Source of the DNA: Guillardia theta CCMP2712
Lineage: Eukaryota > Protista > Cryptophyta
DNA length: 64,000 nucleotides
Direction of reading: 5' to 3'
NCBI RefSeq assembly: GCF_000315625.1
Contig: NW_005434647.1
Span: 608,936-672,935 of the forward strand
Shown: piece by piece, positions 22,394 to 34,980 of the stretch
Numbering within the stretch: the first letter of the stretch is position 1
Layout of the letters: each line of letters opens with the position of its first letter
Program-made: the position numbers and the translations under genes
Notes under the pieces: model-generated
The model's database searches: none
What the model was told of the DNA's origin: nothing
What the model saw: the letters and a program-made list of their open reading frames with translations, nothing else

Positions 22394-25300
22394 GTGTTGG
22401 GATGGGGTAGAATACATTTAGAAGATGAGGAGAAGACAGAGAATGAGGAGGAGCAGGAGCAGGAGCTTCAGCAAGAGCAGGAAGGAGGGCGCTTCCTGGA
22501 ATGCAAATACAAGGAGGGTACGGAGGGCTACTCGACCACTGTCACTCTGAGCAGCGGAGAGAGGATAATCATTTCACCTTGCTCGTTCGACTTCTCCTCC
22601 TTCCATGAGATCTTAGACGGGGGGGAAGGAAGCGCTTTTCCCTGGGAGGAGAAAGGGGAGGACGAACTTACCAGCATCGCTGCATCCCTCCTGAATGCTG
22701 GTACTCTCCTTGGTCTCTTTCCCCTCCTTCCCTGCTCTGTTCTTCACCCCTTTCCTTCTACATCCGTGGTCGTTCCTTCTTTCTTCCCCTTCCTTCCCCT
22801 CTTCCCTCATCTTTCCTCTTCCAGCTTCACCTTGACAGTTCGAGCAGACCTGCACGAGGTGCTTCTTGACGCATGGATTGCTGAATCCGCTCCTTTCTGG
22901 CTGGCAGGTCGCTGAATGCCTCCCTCCTCCTCCTCCTCCTCCTCCTCCTCCTCCTCCTCCTCCTCCTCCTCCTCCTCCTCCTCCTCCTGGCGGTGTCGCT
23001 CACTTTTTCTTTGCCAGTGGTACTGCAAGATCTCGACCTGCCCCTTAGGCTCGCGAAGCTGAAAGCATGCAAACTCCTACTGAGTGCTGAGAGGTCATAG
23101 AGGAAGAGGAAGGGAGGAGAAGAGAAGAGAGGAGAGGAGAGGAGAGGAGAGGAGAGGAGAGGAGAGGAGAGAGGGGGGAGGGAATAGGAGAAGGAGTAGG
23201 CGGAGGAGATTCAGATGAGGAGAGAGGAGAAGGGAATACCTGGTGTCATCTGCTGCTGAAGTTGTGTGAGCGCAGGAAGAGGTTGCGGCGAGAAAAAGAA
23301 GCCTCGCATTCGAGATGGCGAGGCGCAGCTGAAGGTAGGAGGAGGAGGAAGGAGGAGGAGGAGACGAGAGTGGGAGGTGGTGGGGATGGAGTGTTCGAGT
23401 GTGAACGTTAGCGCAGAGCTAGAGGAAGCGAGGAGGACGAAGGGAGCAGTCAGGAAGAGCAGCACGGAGACAAAGAGCTCCAAGGTTCGATCCGCCAAGA
23501 CGAAGGAGAAGGAGACTAGCGACGCGGAGAAATCTTCTGAGTTCAGAATCCTCTTGCTCGAGGTGATGGAGGGCCTGGTGGAGTTCATAAGAGATGGGTG
23601 TGGTGGGGATGATGATGACGATGATGATGACGAGGAGGAGGAGGAGAAGGTGGGATGGGAAGGCACGAGGGAGGTGGATGGGGAGTTCAAGATAGCGATG
23701 GAATAATGGTCTTGCTCGCACAGAGCCTGGTGAACAAACTTTCCTTGGCTCATGCCATGAGCTCGTTCCGCCTCCATGCAGAGATGGTGAGCGACGCGTG
23801 GAGGAGAGAGGTATTGAGCTGACGGTAATCGCGCAGGTCAAGTGCTACCAGAGGTTGACCTCGCCCCTGTCAACGACGAGGAGGAAAAATCTGCTCAGGT
23901 CAGTGGAGATTTGAAAGTCAAAGTTGCTGGGGCAAAGGAAGCAGGGGAGGGAGGAAGGTTCAGGAGGAGGGAGGGAGGGAGGGAGGGAGGGAGGGAGGGA
24001 GGGAGGGAGGGAGGAGGGAGGGTGGGAGGGTGGGGAGGAGGAGGAGGAGGAAGCAGAGGAGAGAGGGAGGAGGAAGGGGAAGCAAGCTGGCGAGAGGGAG
24101 GGAGGATGGTTTGCTTTTGAGTTAGCCTTGATGACTTGGGCGACAGGATGGGGCTGATGGGGATGAAGGAGCATCGAAACGACATGAAGCGAGCGATCGA
24201 AAAGAGCGAGATCATGCTGACGTCAGGTGATGCAGGGGAGGAATGTAGGAGGAAGAGATAGGGAAGGGGAGGGGAGCGGGAGCAGGGAGAGGAGGAGGTG
24301 GTGGAGAAGGAGGTGGTGGTGGTGGTGGTGGAGGAGGAGAAGTCTTCAGGCTGATGTGTTGATGGTAGCGATGAACCTGATGATGCGGGGAATGTTTGAG
24401 GTCTGGACGAGCGAGACGCTCATGTGCAAAGAGACAGTCAAGCTTGAAGCGAAATGCCAGAGAAGGCGGAGGTACGCAATGCTGTCGGTCGGACGAGGAT
24501 GGTGGAGAGGAGTACATATCTGATGGAGGAAGGAGAAGGGAAGAGGATGAGGAAGGGAGGAAGGTGGCGGAGTGGGCAGGCTGGAGAGGAGAGGAGAGGA
24601 GAGGAGAGGAGAGGAGGAGGAGGGGGAGGGGAAGAGGAGGGGAGAGGGAGGGGAGGGGAGGGGAAGGAGGANNNNNNNNNNNNNNNNNNNNNNNNNNNNN
24701 NNNNNNNNNNNNNNNNNNNNNNNNNNNNNNNNNNNNNNNNNNNNNNNNNNNNNNNNNNNNNNNNNNNNNNNNNNNNNNNNNNNNNNNNNNNNNNNNNNNN
24801 NNNNNNNNNNNNNNNNNNNNNNNNNNNNNNNNNNNNNNNNNNNNNNNNNNNNNNNNNNNNNNNNNNNNNNNNNNNNNNNNNNNNNNNNNNNNNNNNNNNN
24901 NNNNNNNNNNNNNNNNNNNNNNNNNNNNNNNNNNNNNNNNNNNNNNNNNNNNNNNNNNNNNNNNNNNNNNNNNNNNNNNNNNNNNNNNNNNNNNNNNNNN
25001 NNNNNNNNNNNNNNNNNNNNNNNNNNNNNNNNNNNNNNNNNNNNNNNNNNNNNNNNNNNNNNNNNNNNNNNNNNNNNNNNNNNNNNNNNNNNNNNNNNNN
25101 NNNNNNNNNNNNNNNNNNNNNNNNNNNNNNNNNNNNNNNNNNNNNNNNNNNNNNNNNNNNNNNNNNNNNNNNNNNNNNNNNNNNNNNNNNNNNNNNNNNN
25201 NNNNNNNNNNNNNNNNNNNNNNNNNNNNNNNNNNNNNNNNNNNNNNNNNNNNNNNNNNNNNNNNNNNNNNNNNNNNNNNNNNNNNNNNNNNNNNNNNNNN

Positions 25301-28300
25301 NNNNNNNNNNNNNNNNNNNNCCCTCCCTCCCTCCCTCCCTCTCTCGTCCAATTTTTACCCCCTACGCTTCCCCCTCCTTCCTCTCCCTCTCCCTCGCTCA
25401 CTCTCCTTCAGTGTTCGTGTTCTTTTCGTCAGCGATGGTCTCAACTCCATCGACTCTCTCTCCTCCGCTCTTGCCTCCTTGGCTGGGGTCTGCTCTGTGC
25501 GGCGATATACCAGGTTCCTCCTCCTGACCCTACTCCTGATCCCCCCCCCCTGATCTTTCTCCTGATCCTCCCCCTGATCTTCCTCCTGATCTCCCTCCTT
25601 ATCCTTGTCTTTCCCTCATCCTACTTTTCTTCGTCCTCCTTATCCTCTGCTCTCCATCGTTCTGATTTTTTTCTCTTCACCTCTTCAGGGATTGCGGAGA
25701 TCATCTCGTCATGCGCTTCTTCGCTTCAAGGTGAAATCGCCTTGCGCTCCCACCTCCTTCTCACCCCTTCAACCTTGCTCCTTCCCTCTCTCACTCGTTT
25801 CCGTGCAGGAATGCATTCTCATCCAGTCGGTGGAGGAGGTCGTGGCGGCAGACGTGATGAGAGCAGAGATGTTGATATGGAGGTGAGAAGAGGAGAAGGC
25901 CAGCCCCGCACCCCCCCCCCCCCCTCCCTGACCTCAGCGCTCAGGAGCATGCGAGCATGGAGGAGAAGGATTGAGCAGCGTCTCTTCCTCTTCGCCGTCA
26001 TCGCGAGGGGTCAACTCTCCTACCGCCGTCATCTCCTTCGCTCGAGGTTGTCGGGCTGACGCTGCTGGGGTCGAGGAGTGACGTGGAGGCAGCATGCTCG
26101 CATGGACGCGGCGGGTGGAGGAGGAGAGGAGAGTCCATGCCGACATCTGCCTCATCCAGTGCGTCATGGCGAGGTGAGGAACACAGTTTGCCGCCCCCTG
26201 CTCACTCCCTCCTGCTGCAGGAACCTCGAGAAGCGATGCATGAAGCTGTGGAGCGTCAAGAAGGACAACATCAAGCTGGTCTGCTTTCCTCCCCTCCTGC
26301 CTCGTTCCTCACCCTCCTATGAAGCTCCGCCGCGTCTTCGCTCGATCCGCTGCCATGTGGACGGAGAGGTTCAAGTTCATGTCGGGCGAGACCTCCGTCT
26401 GCTTCGCTCTCCTCCACACGGTCCTCCCTCCCTCCCTCCCTCCCTCCCTCACCCCTCCCTCCCTCCCTCCCTCCCTCTCTCCTTCCTCCTTCGTTCTCTC
26501 CTCCCTCCTCCGCTCTCACCTCCCTGCCCCGCCGTTGCATCCTTGACTTTCCACAGGTCTGTTCGCAGTGGAGAGCGATTTCTGACCGATCAAAAGAAGT
26601 GCAGAAGAAGAAGGTCCATCCCCTCTCTTGGCCTTCCAAGTTCCATGCTCTTCTCTCCTCTGCTCTCCTCTCCTCTCCTCTTTCCTCCCCTCCCCTTCCC
26701 TCCCCTCCTCTACTCTGCTCTGCTCTGCTCTGCTCTCCTCCTCTGTCTCCTCTCCTCTCCTCTGCTCTGCTCTCCTCTCCTCTCCTCTCCTCTCTTCTCC
26801 TCTCCTCCTCTGTCTCCTCTCCTCTGCTCTCTATTTTCTTTTCTGTTCTTGTTTTTCCTATGCTCTTTCTCTTTCCTCCCTTTCTTCCTCTTCTCTGCTT
26901 ACTCCATCCCTTCAGATTGCAAAAAGAGCTGCGTTTCTCTTCCATCAGCTGCGTTGCTGGACGAGATACTTCTGGCTATGGAGCCTGAGGACAAAAAGAA
27001 ACAAGATCTCTTGCCAGGTTCCCACCCCTCTTCCTCCTCTTCCTCCTCTTCCTCCTCTTCCTCCCCTTCCTCCTCTCTCCCATTTTTCTAACCTCCCCTC
27101 CTCTCATCTTCCTTCTTGCTTCCCTGCTCTGTTCTCCAATCTCTGGTCTTCCCTCTCTCCCCCTCAGCATGCTGAGTCTCCCAGCAGGCCGTCATAGATC
27201 ACGAGAACAAGACGATGCGAAGAGCTCTGAGGGGTTGGGGGGAGATCAGCGAGTGCTCGTACAGGTCAAGGTAGCAGGGAGCAAGCTGCTGTCTTCTCCT
27301 CCCTCACGAGGTGGTAGGAATGAGCTCGAGCGGCAGCAGGAGCGGAAGGCCGTGAAGAGTTGGAGGACTTACATCCTACTCCAGCAGAGATGGTAGGAGG
27401 GAGGAGGCAGGAGAGGAGGAGATCTTGATGGAGCAAACTGAACTCTTGAGAATGTCGCTGATGTTTGTGCCCTGCAGGCAAGTTGTACGGGCAGAATATC
27501 TGCGAGCATGGAATGATCTCGCCTTTGAGGTCCTACCGCTACCACCATCTCCTTCTCTTCCTCCTCTCCTTTCCCTTCCTCCCCCTCTCCATTTCTCATC
27601 ACATCCTCCTCTTGTATCTTCACGTTACAACCACTCCTTCCTACCCTCGTGCTGCCTCCCTCGGGACCAGCTCCTGACTGTCGGGCTGCAGAATCGAGTC
27701 CAGTTCCCTCGCTCACACCAGCGTGAACGAGTCGTCCGAAACGTAAGACTCCCCCCCACTTCCTGCTTCTGCCCTCCTCCCTCATCTCTCCGCCTCCTTC
27801 CTCCCCGTGTCTCATTTCCTGTCATTTCCCTCCTTCCCTCCTCCCCCTGCTCCTCTAAACCCTCCCTCTCCCTGTCTCCTTTTCTCATCCTTACTCCAAC
27901 CCGCTCCTCCTCTCCTCTCCTCTCCTCTCCTCCTCGTTCCTCCTCTATCCCCTCCCGAATCTCCTTCCTCGACAGTCGCCCCTTCTCTTACCCTCCCGGC
28001 TCGTCAGGCTTTCATCGGTTGGTCTTCCTTCCAGGAGCAGCTGATCTCAAGGTAGGAGGAGGAGGCGGACTATCACGCTCCTCTCAAGCAACAAGTCGAG
28101 CAGAGAGGACGAGAAGAGCGTTGGGGTTGCATGGGAGGAGAGAGTGATAGGAAGAGAGACAGAGTGAGAGGAGGAGGGGGTGGGAGGTAGAACAGTGGAA
28201 GGAGGGAGGGAGGGGGGAGATAGAACGGAGGAAGGGGAGGGAGAGGGAAGAGGAGAGGAGGAGAAAATTTCAAATTTGCAGGAGAACTTGACAAAGAAGA

Positions 28301-29398
28301 TGCAGGAGGCGAGCACTGGCGGAGCCTTCAATCAATGGAAGGACACCATCAGAAAACAGAACCTGCCTCCTCCTCCTCCTCCTCCACGTCCTCCGGGCTC
28401 GCTCGCGCCCTGTTACGGGCCCTCGCTCCCCCGCCGCCGCCTCGGGCCTCGCTTCCCCCCTGGGGTTGCTGTAACGTCCCTCAGACAGCCGTGCTCGTGC
28501 AGAGCACGAGCGCAATGTGCGTTCAAAGTCTCGATGATTCACTGAGCCCTGCAATTCACACTACGTATCGCATTTCGCTGCGTTCTTCATCGTTTGCGAG
28601 AACCAGATATCCATTGTTAAGAGTTGTCTCTTGCTTTTCTCTCTCGTCGGCGGCTNNNNNNNNNNNNNNNNNNNNNNNNNNNNNNNNNNNNNNNNNNNNN
28701 NNNNNNNNNNNNNNNNNNNNNNNNNNNNNNNNNNNNNNNNNNNNNNNNNNNNNNNTCCGTCCTCCTCCCCTCCTCCTCCTCCCCTCCCTCCTCCACTCCT
28801 CCTCCCCTCCCCTCCTCTCCCCTCCTCTCCTCTCCCCTCCTCTCCTCTCCTCTCCTCTCCTCTCATCCTCCCCTCTCCCCTTCTGTCCTCTCGCCCCCCT
28901 TCTCCTGTCCTCTCTTCTCGACTTGACTTGACTTCTGGGTAGGTTCCTCTCAGCAGCACAGCAAGCAAGCAGTTCTCCCCCCTCGCCTCCCCGCTTCCGT
29001 CTCGAGGAAGTCGAACTTCCCCGTCCTCATCCTGGACCGCAGGCCGCAGGCTCTCAGAGCTGCGCAGGAGGGAGTGAGATGTCTGGACGCTCGCGTCTCT
29101 GTCAACCCCTCCTCCGTCTTCGCTCACACGTCTGCTGAAAGGATGGGGATGGCGTGGAAGGTGCAGCAGGGGGCAGGGGGGCAGCGAGTGCGCATGTCGA
29201 TGGAGGAGCTGCTGGCAGAAGGGAAGGAGAACTACCGGCAACGGCTGCGAGGCGACGGGCATGTGACGTGATAGGAGAGTCGGAACAGGAAGCAGACAGA
29301 AGGTTGCGCCAGTGAATCATAACCTGGAAGAAGAGGAGAAGGAGTTAGTGGAGAAGGAGGCGATGGAAGAGGTGGTGGTGGTGGCAATGCAGCACTGA
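22394..29398 (+). CDS. Sfi1-repeat (centrin-binding-like) helical protein, multi-exon, spanning two gaps
   Basis: Repeated hydrophobic-x2/3-W motifs: MMRGMFEVWT, LLRSCLLGWG, RSMRAWRR, LLRSSMLAWTR, KRCMKLWS, RKAVKSWR, AEYLRAWN, GGAFNQWKD. Removing introns 26047-26092 and 26174-26220 gives W-to-W spacing of exactly 33 aa twice. Confidence 0.7.
24672..25320. other. Assembly gap (N run)
   Basis: Ns flanked by purine/pyrimidine microsatellites. Other gaps: 28656-28755, 49446-49545, 54557-54956. Confidence 1.
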
Positions 29399-29723
29399 GC
29401 AGCTGCGGCTCAGCCTGCGGTGATCGGACTGCTTATTATCAGTGTTGCCATGATGTTGTAAGTTGAAATGTTAAACTGTAATCCGTTAATGAAATGACAA
29501 GTTCACTGATTTACATCAACAAGACCTCAAAGACAACTACGGGCTATCTTTCCCTCAGTTTTTGCCGCAGTTCGGAGGCTGCCGGTTCGGAGCGGCTGGT
29601 CACCGGGCCCGGGCAGGACCGGGCCGGCCCTGGGAGTCCGATCTCCGAGTCACTGAGTGACGGTCAAAACTAGTCCTCAATTGCGAGGCTGTTGGATCTC
29701 CGCTGGCCCGCCTCGCTCACGCA

Positions 29724-32700
29724 ATGGCGCGAATGCACGTGAAGGGGACGAACGGAAGGAGGAGGGAGGGAGGGAGGCGAGGAGATGGGGAAGAGCGGGA
29801 CGCAGGATGAAGTTCAGATGATAGAAGCGGATGGAGATGAGATAGATGAAGTATGGCGAGCCATACGTGCCGGATAATTCTAGGATGATAAGTTTGTTGA
29901 GGTTGGGGAGGACAAGAGTAGGGATGGAGAGGAGAGACACGCGAATGGCTCATGGGTAAGGGAGGAGGAGAAATCCCAGTGTAAAGAGATAGAAGAACAA
30001 CATGAAAGTAGTTGATGCTCACGAGGAACACATTGCGACGAAGACTTGCTGGTAGATGATAGCAGTAATACCGGACTTGAAAGTGCGTTCGATGGAAGCA
30101 GAGGTGGATACAAGATGTCTAGTGTCCTTCCTTCCTTGCACTTCAGTGTACTGATTCTGAATGACCTCGTCTGTGTTTGCTGCAGGATGGATGCTACAAG
30201 TGCTATGAATGATCTCTGAGCAAGGGGTTCACAAGAGTTGATTACATACAATGACTCTCGGCATCCTGTTGACCAAGGCCACGTGTGGAGACTCTTCTGA
30301 GGTCTGCACTGTGTTCCATGCTATCTGAACCCCTCACCTCTTGTCCTGCAGTTGCAGCAGTACATCGTGGGTGCCTTACACAAGAAGGCTCAAGGGAACA
30401 GCACTGCATATGGGGAGATGATTGAAGTCATCGACGCGGAGAGGGATGATGCCGAGCTCGCAGTCCTCTTGACCTGTCTGATCCGATGCACATCCTGCCT
30501 GCAGAGGAAGCATCACTCCTCCCTGATCCACTCCATCTTCGCGCATTCTTGGCGCACCAACAGGGCTCTCACCCCCCACCTGGAGGCCTTGGCAGTGAAC
30601 TCAGTGTCGGCCAACGCGGACCTGCTGTCTCTGATCTTGTTCGAGCTTGTCAAGCAGCTCACCTTGTTCAACCTGAACCCCACGGGCAACGACGCAAGCA
30701 GCGCCATCGATAGCGCGGGCAAGGAAGCCGAACATCCTTCGAGCGATGCTGCTGACGTCCAGAAGGCCAAAGACGTGCACACGGTAGTTCGTAGGGTGCT
30801 CGAGACTTTTCCCACGGGGATTATGTGCTACCTTGACCTGCTGGTCAACTCGTTTCCTCACCATCGGAAGGATCTCAGCGAGCTTGTCTGCTTCCTCGGA
30901 AACATGCTCCACGTGACCGAGTACCTGCCGCAGCTCCAGGACGGGATCCTCAACCACGTGGTCGATCGGCTGATTCGGCTGGACGTCGAGATTGACCCTG
31001 AAGCAATCTCCGTTGGGCATGACGCGAACAGCACAGAAGGACTGTTCGACATCGACATCGACGACTCCAGCACCTCTGAGAGGAGCGAGAATATGAAGGC
31101 GGTGGAGAAGCTGGACGCAATGATGACTCTGATGTTTCGTTTCTTCCACAAGAACCTGGGCAAGCGGGCAGGACATGACCGGGATCAGGTCTTCAGCGTC
31201 CTGTTGCGCATCTTTGACTCCCGCGTCCTCACTACCTTCCGCTCCAAGTACGTCCAGTTCCTCTGCTTCTACTCCTGCCACTTCCGCGAGCGTTATTCCC
31301 GGGAGTTCCTCCAGTACCTCATGACCAAGGTAGTCGAGAGGAGCAACCCGGACAACGAGCGGCATGCTGCTGGCTCGTACCTTGGAAGCTTTCTGGCTCG
31401 AGCGAGGTGACAGATTCTGCGGTTGCCTCCTCCTCCCCTGACAATTCGCAGGTTCGTCAAGCTGCCTATGGTGCAGAAATCTCTCTCGCTTCTCACCAAG
31501 TGGATCCTCGAGTATATCGACGAGGTCTCCCCTACTGTACATGAGCCGGACCCGTACCAGCACAGCTTGTTCTACGGTCTTGTGCAGGTTGATCCCATGA
31601 TCCCACGAGCTGTTATCCCCCCCCCCCCCCTTCCCGCGTCTCCTCCTGCTCACAAGTTGCTCCCTAGGCTCTCCTCTACGTCCTCTGCTTCCGCGTGCCG
31701 CAGCTTGTGGCGGATGAGCGGAACTACGATACTTTCTTGCGATTCGAACTGCAACTGGACGTGATAACAAGGTGTTCCTTGAATCCCCTGAAGGTAAACT
31801 CTCCTTCCTCCTCCCCTCCCTCTCTCCTCCCTCTCTCCTCCCTCTCTCCTCCATACCTTTTCCTCCTCTCCGCCCTCTACTTTCCTCCTTTTCCTCACCG
31901 TATCTTTCCCCTCTCTTTCCCTTTGCTCTCTCCCTTCTGTCCTCACTCAGCTCACCCTACCTCAACAGGTCATCAACCAGAACGTGTCGAAGCAGTTTGT
32001 GCGGATCTGTGTAAAATACAAACTCTTGCAAGCTGAGGTGTGCCCTGCCCTTGTCCTCTTCGATGAAACTCAAGGTGTTTTAGATGCTGCGCAACCTCCT
32101 GGCATACAACCAGAGCATCGTGGTGAATGGGGTCTTGGAGTTTGAGCAAGAGTGAGCTAGCTGCTCCTGCCCCTGCTCTCCCTGCTCTCCCTGCTCTCCC
32201 TGCTCTCCCTGCTCTCCCTGCTCTCCCTCTTCTTTCGAAGTTCTTTTGTCTCCTCCTTCCAAACTCTCCTTACGTCAAGAGCAGGCACTCATTTTTCCCC
32301 TTCGACAACTACAACCTCCCTCTGTCTCGGACCTTCATCGATGGTCCAGGCAACCTATACCAGGTCAGCGAGACGGAGAAATGAGGAGGAGGAGACGAGA
32401 AAGGAAACAGAGAAGGAGGAGGAAAGGTGTTGCAGGAGCGTAAGCAGGAGCGGGAGCGGGAGCAGGAGCAGGAGCAGGAGCAGCATGGAAGCTTAGCTCT
32501 TACTCGGAGGCCGCAGGTGTGGGAGGCCGGCAATGATGTCTTCAGCGACGAGGAGCATGAGCTCGGCAAGATTGTCTCCTCCATGAGCTGGAGCTGAGCT
32601 GCCGCAGGTGCCAACGAGGCGTCCTCGAGCCAGCTGGGGTCGTCGGTGGAGGATGCAGAGGGAGTGGCGATGTCGCTCAATTCGCAGCTCTCCTTGAGCG

Positions 32701-33066
32701 ATCAGGTAGGGCATGCTGCCTGCTATTGCCTCTCCTCCTCCTCCCGTTCGCTGGGCCTCCCCCTCCTCCCCCCCCTCCTCCTCCTCCCGCTCCTCCTCTT
32801 GGATCTCATTCTCTATGAATCTAAATATTCTTCCTCCTCCCCTTGATTCTCCTCCTCTTCCTCCTCCTCTCTCCTCTTATTTTTCTACCGCAGGGTCCTC
32901 ACAATAGCTTCTCACCCTCTTGGAAGCCGATGAGCTTCAGGTATACGATATCTCCCTGTCGTGACCTACTCCGTCCTGACTTCCTCAACCTCCCTACAGC
33001 CCTCCTCACGAGGAGAAGATGAACGGCATGCGGATGCTTGCCGAGTCTCAGATGCGGGCCAGATAG
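29724..33066 (+). CDS. RRN3: RNA polymerase I transcription initiation factor RRN3/TIF-IA
   Basis: RLIRLDVEI; EKLDAMM; FDSRVLTTFRSKYVQFLCFY; AAGSYLGSFLARAR|FV (intron 31407-31451); HSLFYGLVQ|ALLYVLCFR; LNPLK; SFFPFDNYNLPLSRTFI. The 5' exons are uncertain. Confidence 0.9.
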
Positions 33067-33239
33067 CACGAGGGGGGTAGCGGACTCGAAGGACGGTTGG
33101 ACCGTCGGAAGTGAAGGGACTGACTAGTGCTGAGTGGGCCGTCGGGAGGGAAGGGATACTGTGATGTTGTTCTTGTAAGAGTGTCGAACTTTATTGTTTC
33201 TCCCATAACATAATCTAATTCGTGACCGTAGCAATGAAA

Positions 33240-33860
33240 CCGTAGTTTCAGTTCAAGCCGACACGGCGCAAGTTCAACTTGAACGCCGGGTTCCGAAGCC
33301 TCCGGGTCACCGGCCGGCGGCGGCTGACTGAGCGGCCAGTCACTGCTGCCACGGTGCGGAGGCACCCCCGGGCCGTGCGGCGGCGTCACTGAGTCACCCT
33401 CTCCGAGATGAACGCGGCAGTGACCGTCCGAGGCTCACTGCCAGTGCCCCGGGGCTCAGGGCCGGGCGGCGCGCTCAGGCTCAGGCCCGGATCATGCCGC
33501 GGCAGCCTGAGCCACTGAGGCGAGCAAGTTGAGTCACGGCCCGGCGGGGGTGCCACACACTGGCAGGCCGCTGACTCTGAAAGTCTTGCCGCGGGGATGC
33601 GGCCCGCAGCCGCGGCGCACTCCGAACGGTACGGTCCGCCGATAACTTAGTAACTCAGTGATTTCCGAGCCCCCCGACGTCCGGACCATCAGGCCGGCGG
33701 CCGGCTCGGGCCCGCCTGCCACGGTTGAGAGAGTCCGCCGCGGCGCCGCGCGGCCGCCGGGCCGGCGCCCGGCTCAGGGGCCTACCGTACCGTCGCCTTG
33801 CCCGGCCGCGGCGGCGCACTGTGACGGTGCCGCGCCCGGCCAGCGCTGTAAACAATGGAG
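33240..33860. other. GC-rich, palindrome-dense intergenic island
   Basis: Very GC-rich, with CCGG/GGCC/CTGAG/GAGTC/CAGTG words and an abrupt switch to AT-rich DNA at about 33865. Confidence 0.7.
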
Positions 33861-34880
33861 AGGAATTCAAAATTGAAAATTTATTCTAATATTTGAAATA
33901 TATAGATAGTTTGGTCTAATTTTTTGAGAGAATGAATCTTCTCAGCATTCCACCAAGGTAACAGCTTTTTCGATTGAGGGACTAATGTAAGAGGCAGAGG
34001 GTGTGACCCATGGCATTTCTTCTTCACTTCCCATTGATATTTGACTTCGTTGGAAATAATATATTGTTATTTGAAAATTTCTTCGAAAATTTGGATTTTT
34101 TCCATATATTGGCCTCCCTGCAAAGGTAAACAACTACCCACCCATTCTACAGAACGCACAAGGCTACCCCACCTACTCCAGAATGATGTTGAAGGCTTTG
34201 AAGTACCGGTGCTGCTCGGCCCCCTTTTATACCACCCCTGCTTCTAATCGCATCCCATGGCGTCAAAAAGTACGATTGAGGTACCTACCCCAGTATTCAC
34301 CACATTATTTCTCAGTAATACACGGGTGGTTGGGAACTTTCTCCTACCCCACCAATGATAATTTCACCACCCCTTGTTTGCGTAGGTAGAGGGGTGATGA
34401 CCACCCCCTCTATCCTCACCCAAACGACCCCCCCTGCTTCCTGCGGCCCGAGCGCGGCCACTGGCAAGCAATGTGCAGAAAGCAACATGATTTTCGCCAT
34501 GATCGTCTTTGAAATGTTGTCTCTATCTGATCCATCCTCCTAACACTCGATCCCTCTCATAGGATGTGACCCTCTCGTCCTCTCCATGGTTCGCAACTCA
34601 CTTCGTTGACTCGTGCATGTGCCATACTCGTGTCGCTACCAGCCCATTGTTCCTTGCTTCTGCTCCTCTGCGGCCATCCACCGCGTCAAGTCCCATGGAC
34701 ACTCTCCTTCATACGATTCTAGATCCGCATACTTGCTGCTTGCTCTCCTTCTGTCTCGCTGTCCTGTAAGACTCGGATTGATCTTGTGCTGTAAAATTGC
34801 GTCCCTGAATCTGCATGCTGAGTGCGTTGAGTGACTTTCAGAGCTCTTGCTCTCTCTCTGTGTCAATGTTTCGATGCTCT

Positions 34881-34932
34881 CTTCGGATACTCTCTTCGGA
34901 TACTCTCTTCGGATACTCTCTTCGGATACTCT
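34881..34932. repeat. 13-bp tandem repeat (cttcggatactct) x4 upstream of the SPP start codon
   Basis: Directly visible; probably in the 5' UTR or an intron. Confidence 0.9.
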
Positions 34933-34980
34933 CTCTGTCTTGTGACGATATTGTTTCCAGGAAGTGACAACGCCGTAGAC

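Noticed and set aside
22800-24500. Minus-strand gene suggested by purine-rich tracts
   Set aside because: Plus-strand exons have proper splice sites and Sfi1-like motifs, while the minus-strand frames are not coherent.
24212-26059. Long ORFs containing X runs (also 28335-29262, 48729-50162, 53385-54968)
   Set aside because: Their length is an artefact of N gaps and stop-free microsatellites.
30601-31854. 417-aa antisense ORF over RRN3 (likewise 37567-38490 over SPP and 4075-4731 over the subtilase)
   Set aside because: Expected antisense open frames from high GC3 codon usage.
33534-33876. Arg/Pro/Ala-rich ORFs in GC islands (also 60989-61766)
   Set aside because: Stop-poor GC-rich sequence with no protein-like features.
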